From Isurus oxyrinchus (taxonomy: Eukaryota): DNA of 64,000 bases. Position 1 is the first letter of the stretch. Each line of letters opens with the position of its first letter. Shown in pieces: positions 52,781-64,000 of the stretch. Under the pieces are notes generated by a model, which was not told the origin of the DNA, searched no databases, and was given only the letters and a program-made list of their open reading frames with translations. The stretch spans positions 111,414,001 to 111,478,000 of the forward strand of contig JANJGN010000010.1 in assembly GCA_026770705.1 (NCBI GenBank). The letters are read 5' to 3'. The position numbers and the translations under genes were made by a program.

Positions 52781-52906
52781 TATAGAAAGCAACCTTTCGG
52801 TGAGGAACATTCCTCCTTCTACTCTCTTCCCAGGCAACCGGCATGATTGGAGTGCCTTCTGCAAAAGTTTGGTGAAGTGAGTTGTCATGGGCAGCTGGTT
52901 CTTTAC

Positions 52907-52975
52907 CTGCTGGTGCTGCCGCACTCCATCAGTGATGTACTTGATAGCAGGCTGCAGTAGCTGACCGCACATAAC
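52907..52975 (-). CDS. MYBBP1A: MYBBP1A coding exon
   Basis: ctgtttcag| ... CAG|gtaaag; 69 bp, phase 0-0; VMCGQLLQPAIKYITDGVRQHQQ (human VLCQSLLPILVQHITGPVRPRHQ). Confidence 0.9.
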
Positions 52976-54473
52976 CTGAAACAGATGAGGAGAAATCACC
53001 CATGTTAATGAACTCAACCACAGCAGAATCACTGAGAGTAACAGAATGAGTATCTTTGGGACAAAGGGTTACTTTACAGGTCTCGCACACACCAAACAGT
53101 CGCTCTGAACAGCTATCTTGTACAGGACACACAAGCCATACAGTGGAACTGGTTGACATCATAAACAGTGAGGTAACCACACAGCTCAGCATAGAATTGT
53201 AAGGTGAGTTGCTAGTACTTAATAAAAGGCATGTGATGTCACAGGAGTAACTAAACCAGGAATGTCTGAGATCAGAGGTGAAATCATGAGAACGTTAAAA
53301 TGCAGTTTACACATTTTTAGACACCACACCCCAGACACTGGTTTCTCTAACCTACATTCAATGCTTGGTTTTATAATTGCATACCATTTCTATTCTACAA
53401 CTGTTCAATTTCATGTTCTAAAGAGTTTGTAGTGAGAGAAGTGGGGCTGCAGCTTTGCAGTAAATAACATTCACTAACCCAATCTGCCCTCTGTGCATTC
53501 TACAAAAATTGCAGCAAGTTCATTTTCATCACACAGGATTTCCCCAGGCAAGATGCTCAAGTTTAAATTTATGATCACAGGCAGTTCGAGTGTAACTTGA
53601 GCACGCAGACTGGCAACATGCCGTGAAGCTGTTTCCCTGTGGGATGTGCCTACACTTCACACATCACATGGAGTATTTACACAGTCAAAACAGACAATAC
53701 TTTGACATTCAGAAGTGTGTCAGAAGTGAAAGGAGAGAGAGCTCAACAGCTAGAATCGAATGGTTACTTGCACCACAAAATAGGAAGCATGCATCAGAGG
53801 TTATCCTTCACAGGTTGAGACCCCCAAAAACAGCAGTGAACTGGCCCCTGTCCAGTACAAGGGGTCAATAAATGCACCGATTTTAATAGACTCACATGGG
53901 TAGGTAGGCTGTCCTGAATCAATTGGCTACCACGGTTCCTGCTCCAGGCATTAAAGGGTGGTTGGACCGGGGCCAGGACAGGACCAGACTCAGCTCCAAG
54001 GTCCCCATGTAAAACTGCCACCCAATACAGGCTGCTTTCTCTCAAAAACAAAGAGCAGGCTTTCCAGGCAACCTGGCCAGCCAATTGGCAAATGCAGCAC
54101 CTGCTGCTGTACTGAAGTGAACAGGCTATTGCAACTGCGGGGCATTACAACTGGCCTTGCACCTTGCTCCTGATCACAGTTCACACACCCCAGCCTCCGA
54201 GTGCAAGGGCAGACAGCACTGAGCTCTGGAGTGATTTGGTGAGATGTTAATGATGACACTCGTTCCTGAATCTAACTCGAGGGGCAGTCAGTCAAGATAC
54301 CGGCGGGCTGTTTCAATTTGTGTAACTGTACCGTAAGCGACCGTCTGTTCTTTCAGTAGAGGAGCAGAAGGAAACACTGAAGATAATATCCAGGTATTTC
54401 CTTGATATAATTTGTAATGCAGCTCGTTTAAAACCTGCTTTAAAGTGCTGGGCAAGCTCCCTCGGATACTTAC

Positions 54474-54605
54474 TGGGAAACGATTGAAGAGATCGATGAA
54501 CATGGGTCCGGTGAGGGAACAGTTGCGTTTAGTCATAAATAGAGACAGTGCTTTCTTGTAGATTTCAGTCACTCTGACGATATCCAGGCTACCAACTGAA
54601 TCAAC
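54474..54605 (-). CDS. MYBBP1A: MYBBP1A coding exon
   Basis: ttgttgcag| ... CCA|gtaagt; 132 bp, phase 0-0; VDSVGSLDIVRVTEIYKKALSLFMTKRNCSLTGPMFIDLFNRFP matches the recalled human LDLNLVTRVYSTALSSFLTKRNSPLTVPMFLSLFSRHP. Confidence 0.95.
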
Positions 54606-57255
54606 CTGCAACAAACAGAAAAGGTTTCATTCCTATTGCTGTAGATCTGCCAGTGCTGGAAACAGGAGAGGTGCAAATTCAAGTTAATTTTTTAAAAACT
54701 AATTTTATGTCATGCATCTGATGGGGGAAGAAAATAGCAATTGTTTGGGGATCTTTTACTGCATCCACCTCCATGTGGTATTATTCTCTCTCCCTGACAC
54801 TCCATAATGTTCAGTGCGAAATCTGCACCCCTCCCCCAGCCAATGTGCCTCAGCACTGATGCTGAGTGAACTGACAATAGTGCAGACAACGCATTTCCCC
54901 TCCCTTCCCCAAAGAGATAGCTGGCTTCCCCTGTTCTGAGATAATTTGCACCCACTCCCTTCAACCTTGTAGAGCCCTGTATCTTCTCCCTGCCTGGAGG
55001 TGTGTGTATCCTCTTCCCTTGCCCAAAATGGGGCAGCTGGTGCAGGGCGGACTAGAGATAAGCACAGTGCCTTCAACCATCCAGTACAGGGCTTTTGACT
55101 GACCCGAAGCCAACTGGAAGCATGACAAGTGTGTAGAGCTTATTGCTCGCCATCAGTCATTCTGTTATTTATAGATGCAAATATGCAGTGAAATACGGAG
55201 GACAAGGAAGGCCTGGTCACTCATGCGTGGAACAGACTGGGTATTCCACACTCCCCAGTGTGCAATCTGCTCAGAACAGCAGGTGTGAGCCAGACAACGC
55301 CAGAGCTGCATCATTTCCAAAGGATTTTGGGTCAAATTTCACAATGATTGTTTGTGCAGGCAATATCAGTTCAGCAGAGCTTGCACACCTATCACGTTAG
55401 TGATTTCTTTATTAAAGTCAGCAGCACCGAAGGCAGTACGGCCGTTTTTATGTGATTTAGCCTTTTGGGCCCAAAATTCATCAGGGAGTTGATCAGAATA
55501 TTTAGTTCCCTTCCATCTGTTGTGTGTCCCACCACTTTAGATCTGCACTGAGGAGCATGCAATACTGCTTATCCAAGCGGCCGACTGCTGCTCATTTATA
55601 GAAGGAACCTGCCATAAATGTACTGCTGTCTGTGTGGTAAAGTTTGGCATCACTCATTTACAGACCACCAGATTTATTAATTGAACAACCCCCCCTTTGC
55701 TTTCCCCCACCGTATGGAGGGAGATAGAGACTGCGACACCACCCAAGGCTTGGATGGACAGTCAGTCATTGATTAGCCACTTGGGACAAGGCTTGGGAAG
55801 AGAAAATGAAACAGTCAGCGCTTAATCAGGCCTCAAATTAAATGCGTGACAATCATTTGGTGAAAAACAACAGAAAAAAGCAGACAGATTGACTAAATCA
55901 GCCTGCTTCAGACACCACTCAGCCTGTTACAGGACTGAGAGAGATCTCCCACCGCACATGTGTAGCCTGAGCCTGTCCAAAACAAAAAAAAGGAGCATTT
56001 CAACACTTGAAAACCATACAACTTACATCTGTGCAGGCAGGCAGCTGCAAAATGAAAATTACAGGCTATATATTAAGCCTCTGTTTTGATATTATGGTGA
56101 AAATTATAAGTTATATATATTTACAGTAAAGGATGAGAATGAGAATTACAACATCAAATTCGAGAGTATTGTGACACTACTAGTCAGCAGTTCTTTATTG
56201 AGAAGGAGCAATGTGAGTGCCCAAAAATGGATCCCAGCAGGATTGAGCAGAGCAAATGATAAGGTAAAGCCTGAGGGCTGCACAAGGAAACTAGAGAGAT
56301 TTGGAAAATAATGAGTGAGGCAGGGTGTAGGGAGGATGGAAGAAACAAGCAGGGACTAGGCTGGAAAAGGGGGACTAAGAGAGCAAATAGTTTGGCTCTG
56401 GGCTATCAACACCCTTGTGAGATTTAACTGAGGGAGCTATCAGTGTTTCACATTCTAGACAATTAATCACTGACAGAGGGGTGGAGGGTAAGAGGGCATG
56501 GGGCATCACGAGGAAACATGTGCGTGAGAAAAATAAATGAATATCTGGATGTTATCAAAATTCTTCAACCCGCTCCCAAACTTGAACACCAATACCTTAT
56601 AAATGCATTTTTGTGCGCGGAAGTTGGGGTCTCAGATTAAATTATTATTAAATGCCAATTTGGAGGCGCTGGTAGCGCAGTAGTTTTGTGCACTGTCCTG
56701 CAAGGCAAGTGCTTGAACACACCCAGAACTGGCAAAAAAGCTTTTTCTATCCATTATCTGCAGCAATAACGAGTCAGGGAAGTCTTGGGGGCCAGCTACT
56801 TGGCCCGAGCTACAGTGGTAAAACAATGAAGCTGATGTTGAGAAAAGAAATTATTCACACACAGCTTCAGTGAGGATTATACTTGAACTGAAGCACATTT
56901 TTGGGGCGGAGGAGATTTTCTCTTGCAGTTGATTTTCACTCTCAGTTACACATTACCTGGTTGTGCCAATTTTGGGTGCAGAACAGGTCCTAGGAGCAGA
57001 CTCGGAGGAAGGGGCACCGGAACGGTGAGTATAAACCTAGCTTACCTCAGGGATTCGCGGCCTTGTCTCTAGGGAGCAGATTCAGAGGGAGGAGCACCGG
57101 AGCGGTGACCTCGGGGTACAGAGTAACTGAAGCCAAAACTGAAAAAGTGACATCACAGGAAAGCTGTGACCTGATTGGTTGGTAGGAAATCTGCACCAAA
57201 TTTGAAAAAAAAAAACACTTCCAAGCTAATGAATAAATTAATTATCTAAGCAGAG

Positions 57256-58190
57256 ATGGCTGGGCAGGTGATGTGCTGTAGCTGTATGATGTGGGAGCCC
57301 ATTGCGGGAGCCGCAGTGACCACATCTGCAGCAAGTATTGGTTGCTGGAGGTACTCCGACTCAGAATTGATGAGCTGGAGTCCGTGCTCCGGATGCTGCG
57401 GCATATCCGGGAGGGGAGAGTTACCTGGATGCTTTGTATCAGGAGGCGGTCACACCTGGTAGATTAAGTACCTCAAGTCCAGTCAGTGGTCAGGGTCAGC
57501 AGGGTGTGACTGCAAGTGAGGCAGGTAGAGGGATCCTGTGTTCAGGAACAGAGGAGCCTCAGCTCTCGACCTTGTCCAACAGGTACGAGGTACTTGCTCC
57601 TTGTGTGGATGAGGAAGAAGGCTGTAGGGAGGATGAGCCAGCTGACCATGGCACCGTGGCACAGGAGGCCGTTCAAGAGGGGGAGCAAAAAGACAAGTGG
57701 TAGTTGTAGGGGATTCTATAATTAGGGGAACTGATAGGTTCCTTTGTAAGCAGGATCGAGAGTTTCTCATGGTATGTTGCCTGCCCGGTGCCAGGGTGAG
57801 GAACATCTCTGACCGGCTTGAAAGGATATTAGAGAGGGAGGGGGAGGATCCAGTTTTTGCGGTCCAAGTCGGGACAAATAATATAGGTAAGACTAGGAAA
57901 GAGGACCTGTTTGGGGATTATCAGGAACTAGGAACTAAATTAAAGAACAGGTCCTCGAGGGTTATAATCTCTGGATTACTACCCGAGCCACGTGCAAACT
58001 GGCATAGGGATGCAAACACGTGGCTAAAGGAGGGGTGCGGGAAAGAGGGGTTCCATTTCGTGGGGCACTGGCATCAGTATTAGAACAGGAGGAATCTGTA
58101 CAGCTGGGACGTTCTCCACCTGAACCGATCTGGGACCAATGTTCTAGCGAAAAGGGTAAATAGGGTGGTCAACAGGACTTTAAACTAGAA
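57256..58190 (+). pseudogene. CR1 ORF1: zinc finger/leucine zipper plus SGNH esterase, frameshifted
   Basis: MAGQVMCCSCMMWE...HICSK, heptad LRLRIDELESVLRML, and esterase blocks VVGDS / LPGA / VGTNN / DVLHLN spread across shifted frames. Confidence 0.85.
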
Positions 58191-59531
58191 AGTTGGGGGG
58201 GGGGGGGAGGGAAGGGTAAAACTCCAAGAAATATGACTAATGGGAAACAAAGCAACAGGTTAGCGTGTGGGGGGGTGAATTCAACTTCATGGAAAATTAT
58301 GAAAAAACTGAAAAGAAAGGAGAGCCCAGGAGAGGTTATTAAAGTCTCCAGAACACAAAATAGGACAGAGTGTTTGGAAAGGGCTCGGAATCTAACTTCA
58401 AGCACATCAGGTAAAGGGACGACAATGATAAAGGGGACGGGAAATACAGGACAGAAGGTGTTGTATCTGAATGCACGCAGTATACGAAATAAGGTAAATG
58501 AGCTTGTGGCGCAGATTGAAATTGGCAGGTATGATGTGGTGGGCATTACGGAGACATGGCTGCAAGGGGATCAGGACTGGGATATACATCCTAACGAAAA
58601 GATAGGCAGGTTGGCAGAGGGGGTGGGGTTGCTTTGTTAGTAAGAAACAAATTTAAATCGATAGCAAGAAATGATTTAGGGTCAGATGATGTAGAATCTG
58701 TGTGGGTAGAGTTGAGGAACCGCAAAGGTAAAATAACCATAATAGGAGTTATGTACAAGCCTGTGAAAAGTAATCAGGATGTGGGGCACAAGATACACCA
58801 GGAGATAGAAAAGGTGTGTAAGAAAGGCAAGGTTACAGTGATCATGGGGATTTCAATATGCAGATAGACTGGGAAAATCAGGTTGGTAGTGGATCCCAAG
58901 AAAAGGAATTTGTGGAATGTCTACGAGATGGCTTTTTGGAGCAGCTTGTGGTGGAGCCCACTAGGGAACAGGCAATTCTAGATTTAGTGATGTGTAATGA
59001 GGCAAATTTGATAAGGGACTTTAAGGTGAAGGAACCCTTAGGAGGAAGTGACCATAATATGATCGAATTTACTCTGCAATTTGAGAGGAAAAAGCTGGAA
59101 TTAGATATAATGGTATTACAGTTGAATAAAGGCAACTACAGAGGCATGAGGGAGGAGCTGGCCAGAATTGACTGGGAGATGAGCCTAGCAGGAAAGACAG
59201 TGGAACAGTAATGGCAGGAATTTCTGGGAGTAATTTGGGAGACACAGCAAAAATTCATCCCTAGCAAGAAGAAGCATACTAAAGGGAGGACGAGGCAACC
59301 ATGGCTGACAAGGGAAGTCAGGGACAGCATAAAAGCTAAAGAGAAAGCATACAATGCAGGCGAAGAGCAGTGGGAAACCAGGGGATTGGGAAGCCTACAA
59401 AGACCACCAGAGGACAACTAAAAAAGAAATAAGGAGGGAGAAGATTAAATATGAGGATAAACTAGCCAGTAATATAAAAGAAGATTGCAAGAGTTTTTAT
59501 TAGATATATAAAGGGTAAGAGAGAGGCAAAA

Positions 59532-61208
59532 GTGGACATAGGGCTGCTGGAAAATGATGCTGGAGAAGTAGTAGTGGGGAACAAAGAAATGGCGGAGGAA
59601 CTGAATAGGTACTTTGCATCAGTCTTCACAGTGGAAGACACGAGTGACATCCCCAAAGTTCAAGAGAGTCAGGGGCCAGAGGTGAGTATGGTGGCCATTA
59701 CCAAGGAGAAGGTGCTAGGAAAACTGAAGGGTCTGAAGGAGGATAAATCCCCTGGACCAGATGGATTACACCCCAGAGTTCTGAATGAGATGGCTGAAGA
59801 GATAGTGGAGGCGTTAGTGGCGATTTTTCAGGAATCACTCGAGTCAGCGAGGGTCCCAGAGGACTGGAAAATGGCTAATGTAACTCCCCTGTTTAAGAAG
59901 GGAGTGAGGCAAAAGACAGGAAATTACAGGCCAATTAGCCTGACCTCGGTCGTTGGTAAGATTTTAGAGTCCATTATTAAGGATGAGATTTCAGAATACT
60001 TGGAAGTCCATGGTAAAATAGGACAAAGTCAGCATGGTTTCATCAAGGGGAGGTCATGCCTGACAAATCTGTTAGAATTCTTTGAGGAGGTAACGAGTAG
60101 GTTAGACAAAGGAGAGCCAATGGATGTTATCTCCTTGGACTTCCAGAAGGCCTTTGACAAGGTGCAGCACAGGAGGCTGCTCAGTAAGATAAGAGCCCAT
60201 GGTGTTAGAGGCAAGGTACTAGCATGGATAGAAGATTGGCTGTATGGCAGGAGGAAGAGAGTGGGGATAAGGGGGTCCATCTCAGAATGGCGGCCGGTGA
60301 CTAGTGGAGTTCCACAGGGGTCTGTGTTGGGACCACAACTTTTCACTTTATACATTAATGATCTAGATGAAGGAACTGAGGGCATCTTGGCTAAGTTTGC
60401 AGATGAAACAAAGATAGGTGGAGGGACAGGTAGTATTGAGGAGGCGGGGAGGCTGCAGAAGGATTTGGACAGTTTAGGAGAATGGGCAAAGAAGTGGCAG
60501 ATGGAATACAACGTGGGGAAGTGTGAGGTCATGTTCTTTGGTGGGAAGAATAGAGGCATAGACTATTTTCTAAATGGGGAGAGAATTCAGAAATCTGGAG
60601 TGCAAAGGGACTTGGGAGTCCTAGTCCAGGATTCTCTTAAGGTTAACTTGCAGGTTGAGTCGGTAGTTAGGAAGGCAAATGCAATGTTGGCATTTATTTC
60701 GAGAGGACTAGAATATAAAAGCAGGGATGTTCTGCTGAGGCTTTACAAGGCTCTGGTCAGACCACATTTAGAATATTGTGAGCAATTTTGGGCCCCGTAT
60801 CTCAGGAAGGATGTTCTGGCCCTGGAGAGGGTCCAGAGGAGGTTCATGAGAATGATCCCAGGAATGAAAGGCTTAACATATGAGGAATGTTTGAGGACTC
60901 TGGGTCTATACTCGATGGAGTTAAGAAGGATGAGGGTGGATCTGATTGAAACTTACAGAATACTGAAAGGCCTGGATAGAGTGGATGTGGGGAAGATGTT
61001 TCCATTAGTAGGAGAGACTAGGACCCGAGGGCACAGCCTCAGAGTAAAGGGAAGACCTTTTAGAACAGAGATGAGGAGAAACTTCTTTAGCCAGAGAGCG
61101 GTGAATCAATGGAATTCATTGCCACAGAAGGCTGTGGAGGCCAGGTCATTGAGTGTATTTAAGACCGAGATAGATAGGCTCTTAATTGGTAAGGGTATCA
61201 AAGATTAA
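59532..61208 (+). CDS. Uninterrupted reverse-transcriptase part of CR1 ORF2 (558 aa)
   Basis: ORF track shows non-LTR RT motifs, but the catalytic motif reads FADE rather than FADD and the upstream endonuclease part is broken. Confidence 0.8.
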   Translation: MDIGLLENDAGEVVVGNKEMAEELNRYFASVFTVEDTSDIPKVQESQGPEVSMVAITKEKVLGKLKGLKEDKSPGPDGLHPRVLNEMAEEIVEALVAIFQESLESARVPEDWKMANVTPLFKKGVRQKTGNYRPISLTSVVGKILESIIKDEISEYLEVHGKIGQSQHGFIKGRSCLTNLLEFFEEVTSRLDKGEPMDVISLDFQKAFDKVQHRRLLSKIRAHGVRGKVLAWIEDWLYGRRKRVGIRGSISEWRPVTSGVPQGSVLGPQLFTLYINDLDEGTEGILAKFADETKIGGGTGSIEEAGRLQKDLDSLGEWAKKWQMEYNVGKCEVMFFGGKNRGIDYFLNGERIQKSGVQRDLGVLVQDSLKVNLQVESVVRKANAMLAFISRGLEYKSRDVLLRLYKALVRPHLEYCEQFWAPYLRKDVLALERVQRRFMRMIPGMKGLTYEECLRTLGLYSMELRRMRVDLIETYRILKGLDRVDVGKMFPLVGETRTRGHSLRVKGRPFRTEMRRNFFSQRAVNQWNSLPQKAVEARSLSVFKTEIDRLLIGKGIKD

Positions 61209-61586
61209 GGGGAGAAGGCAGGAGAATGGGGTTGAGAAACTTATCAGCCATGATTGAATGGCGAAGCGGACTCAATGGGCCGAATGGCCTAATTTACGCT
61301 CCTATGTCTTATGGTCTTATGGAAATATTTTCATTCTACAACACTTGACACACCTCGTTTTAATGCCGTTATTTTTTGAAACTGAAACAAGTAGGTTTAC
61401 TACTTACACGTAAATCATTCTTTTAAGCAAGTAAATGACCAACAGCATTAGAATCCTCAATGGATTCTTACTGTTTGTACTGAGTGTCATGGCACAAATC
61501 CGATAAGTCTCTGCAGTCAGCATTACAATGTCACAGGTTGCGAATCCGGTTCTCCAGTTCACCACTGCCCAGCTTGGTCCACATAC

Positions 61587-61701
61587 CTGCCTAGTTTGAG
61601 TTTGCGAACTCTGCTCTTGCACTGCTTCTTCTTCGCTTGTGTCAGCTGCTGCAGGTTCAGTTGGATTTCCTTTCAGAACTCTGAAGAGATAAAGTGCTCC
61701 A
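61587..61701 (-). CDS. MYBBP1A: Myb-binding protein 1A, internal coding exon (first seen in window)
   Basis: Acceptor tttggcag| and donor CAG|gtatgt; 115 bp encoding GALYLFRVLKGNPTE...TRQ, resembling the human ASLYLLRVLKGN segment as I recall it; ends in phase 0. Confidence 0.85.
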
Positions 61702-62019
61702 CTGCCAAACAAAGATAATGAGATGATTAGGAACAGCCAGCCCCAGGAAACCACCTCATTTCAACTTTCTCATCACCTGTGAATGAGCCAAGGAATGAAA
61801 TGTCACCGCCAACCCTGGAAAACCAAATCCAGAAAACCCAGCTCATGGCTTTTGGGATATTCAGCCAAACACTAGGCTTGGGAGACAGGGGTAATGAAAG
61901 TCAAGTGGCCAAGTTCACATATTTGGGACATGGGCTGAAAGCAGTCAGGCTTTTTAAGGGCAAGATATATAGAACACACACATACGCACGCATATGCGTG
62001 CATGCACACACATATGCCA

Positions 62020-63495
62020 GAAGGCATTTGATTAAGTGCCACATCAAAAATTATTGCATAAATTAAAAGCTCATGGTATAGGTGGAAGCATACTGGCAAG
62101 GATAGAAGATTGGCTGGCTAACAGGAAGCAGAGAGTAGGCATAAATGGGTCGTTTTCAGTTTGGCAAGATATAATGAGTGATATGCTTCAGGGATCAGTG
62201 CTGCTGGGACCTCAATGGTTCACAATTTATATAAATGACTTGGATGAGGAGTTGGATGGGATGGTTCCCAAATTTGCTGATGACATAAAGATAGGTAGGA
62301 AAGTAAGTTGTGAAGAGGACAAAAGGAGGTTACAAAAAGATATAGATAGGCTGAGTGGGCAAAGATCTTGCAAAAGAAGTGTAATGTAATGTAGGAAAAT
62401 GTGAAATCGCCCATTTCGGCAGGAAGAATAAGAGAAGCACATTATCTAAATGGTGAGAGACTGTAGAGCTCTGAAATGCAAAGGGATCTGGTTGTCTTAG
62501 TGCATGAATTGAAAAAGGCTAGTATGCAGGTACAGCAAGTAACTGGGAAAGCTAATAGAATGTTACCATTTGTTGCAAGAGGTATTGAACACAAAAGTAG
62601 GGAGATTATGCTTCAGTTGTACAGGGCACTAGTGAGACCCCTAGTGGAGTATTGTGTACGGTATTGACTGCCTTATTTAAGGAAATATGTAAATGTGTTG
62701 GAAGCAGTTCAGAGGTTTACCAGACGAACACCTGAAATTGGCGGGCATAGATAGGGTAGACAGGGAGGAACATTTCCCCTTAGTGGAGGGATCAATAATC
62801 AGGGGGCATAGATTTAAGGTAAAGGGCAGAAGGTTTAGAGGGGATGTGAGGAAGAATTTTTACACCCAGAGGGCGGTAGGAATTTGGAACTACCTGAAAG
62901 GTTGGTAGAGGCAGAAACGCTCATAACATTTAAGAAGGATTTGGATGTGCACTTGCGATGCCATGGCGTACAAGGCTATGGGCCTAGTACTGGAAAAGGG
63001 GATTAGAATAGTTAGGTACTTGTTTGACCGGCGCAGACCCGATGGGCTGAAGGGCCTTTTTCTGTGCTGTAGACCTCTATGACTCAATGAAAGGTTGGAC
63101 AGGTTAAGAGTAAGAGGCGACTTGACAAGCATATAAGATCCTGAGGGGTCTTGACAGGGTGGATATGGAGAGGATTTTCTTCTTGTGGGAGAATCTAGAA
63201 CTAAGGCTCACTGCATAAAAATAAGGGGTTGCCCATTTAAAACAGAGATGAGGTGAAATTTTCTTTCAAGAGGGTCGTGAGTCTTTGGAACTCCCTTCCC
63301 GAAAAGGTGGTAGAAGCAGAGTCTTTGAATATTTTTAAGGCAGAGTTGGATAGATTCTTGGAAAGCAAGGGGGTGATTGGTTATCGGGGTAGGCAGGATG
63401 CAGATTTGAGGTTATCAACAGATCGGCCATGGTCTTCTTAAATGGCGGAGTCAGTTCGGGGAGGCTGAATGGCCTACCCCTGCTCCTTGTTCATA
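62020..63495 (+). mobile_element. CR1 fragment with a second CR1 3' end (~62745-63085) nested inside
   Basis: PHQKLLHKLKAHGI...FADD...LYRALVRP; two separate gggctga(a)..ggcc tails, at ~63045 and ~63465. Confidence 0.85.
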
Positions 63496-63539
63496 TGTAC
63501 ACACAGACACTCAAACTCATTGCTGAGATCAAGGATCCG

Positions 63540-63830
63540 CAAACACTACGGAGATGGATGAGCTGTCATAGTCGTGTAAGTTGAGGGATATATATTGACC
63601 AGGACCGCAGGGAGAAACCTTCTACTCTTTTTTAAACAGCATCATGGAATCTTTTAGGTCCACCCAAGAAAGTCAGAGCCTTGGTTTAACATCTCATCCC
63701 AATGACAGTGCAGCATTCTCTGAGTATCATACTCAAATGTCAGTTTTGATGTACTCCCGTCCTAGGACGAGACTTGAACCCACAACCCACAACCTTCCGA
63801 TTCAGAAGTGCTACCCGCCGAACAAAGGTA
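63540..63830 (-). mobile_element. Deu-domain SINE
   Basis: ccaggaccgcagggagaaac...ggtttaacatctcatcc...gacttgaacccacaacc. Confidence 0.6.
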
Positions 63831-64000
63831 ACAGGTTATGTTAAAAGAAACAGACTAAAGGAGGGATTTGAGTGCCACCACTGAAAGAAGGGGTAAGTAC
63901 ACAACAAGAACAGCATATGTGTACACAGAAATTTATGAGGGAAATATCCAAAAAAGAGCAGAACATATGACTTTACAAAGGATACACACTCTCTATTAAC

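Larger units (their letters stand above)
56990..61322 (+). mobile_element. Near full-length CR1-clade LINE (copy C), disrupted
   Basis: Duplicated 5'UTR unit (ggagcaga..gcaccgg..cggtga), ORF1, ORF2 with APE (KVLYLNARSIRNK, GITETWL, SDHNMI) and RT ([29 protein letters not shown]), and a (tcttatgg)-type 3' tail; several frameshifts and stops. Confidence 0.95.

Noticed and set aside
37950-52900. Nested gene or intronic snoRNA in the 15-kb MYBBP1A intron
   Set aside because: Short ORFs (47865-48119, 49113-49461, 50495-50734) have no recognisable motifs, and I saw no convincing C/D or H/ACA box pair with a terminal stem; an Infernal/Rfam scan would be needed to exclude one.
60029-60559. Recurrent antisense ORFs (also 46220-46576, 32494-32862, 8477-8950, 17344-17670)
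   Set aside because: Opposite-strand shadows of RT coding sequence, recurring only because the elements are copies.
61404-61754. 116-aa ORF with an apparent signal peptide (MVSWGWLFLIISLSLF)
   Set aside because: The hydrophobic N-terminus is the translated polypyrimidine tract; only 61587-61701 is exon.

Overview
Eukaryotic, repeat-rich vertebrate genomic DNA, most likely a cartilaginous fish (shark), judging from its CR1/HER1-like LINEs, Deu-domain SINEs and Penelope-like elements. Two convergent genes end in the window. On the minus strand are the last seven coding exons of MYBBP1A (61701 down to the stop at 29397), all with GT-AG junctions and consistent phases. On the plus strand is a 41-bp exon encoding the SPNS2-like C-terminus (...VSVKV*) at 13261-13301, probably followed by a 3'UTR exon ending near 22860. 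Most of the rest is transposon-derived: one near full-length CR1 (esterase ORF1, APE-RT ORF2) and two truncated sister copies, older CR1 fragments, three Penelope-like insertions with target-site duplications and hammerhead-ribozyme-like terminal motifs, and several SINE families, often nested. I cannot establish a wholly new biological system from sequence alone. The best leads are (i) three young CR1 copies in +/-/+ orientation, whose two inverted pairings each bracket a pair of phase-0 MYBBP1A exons, and (ii) a 247-bp Penelope-derived palindromic element with a variant hammerhead core on both strands. Repeat boundaries were read by eye and are approximate.
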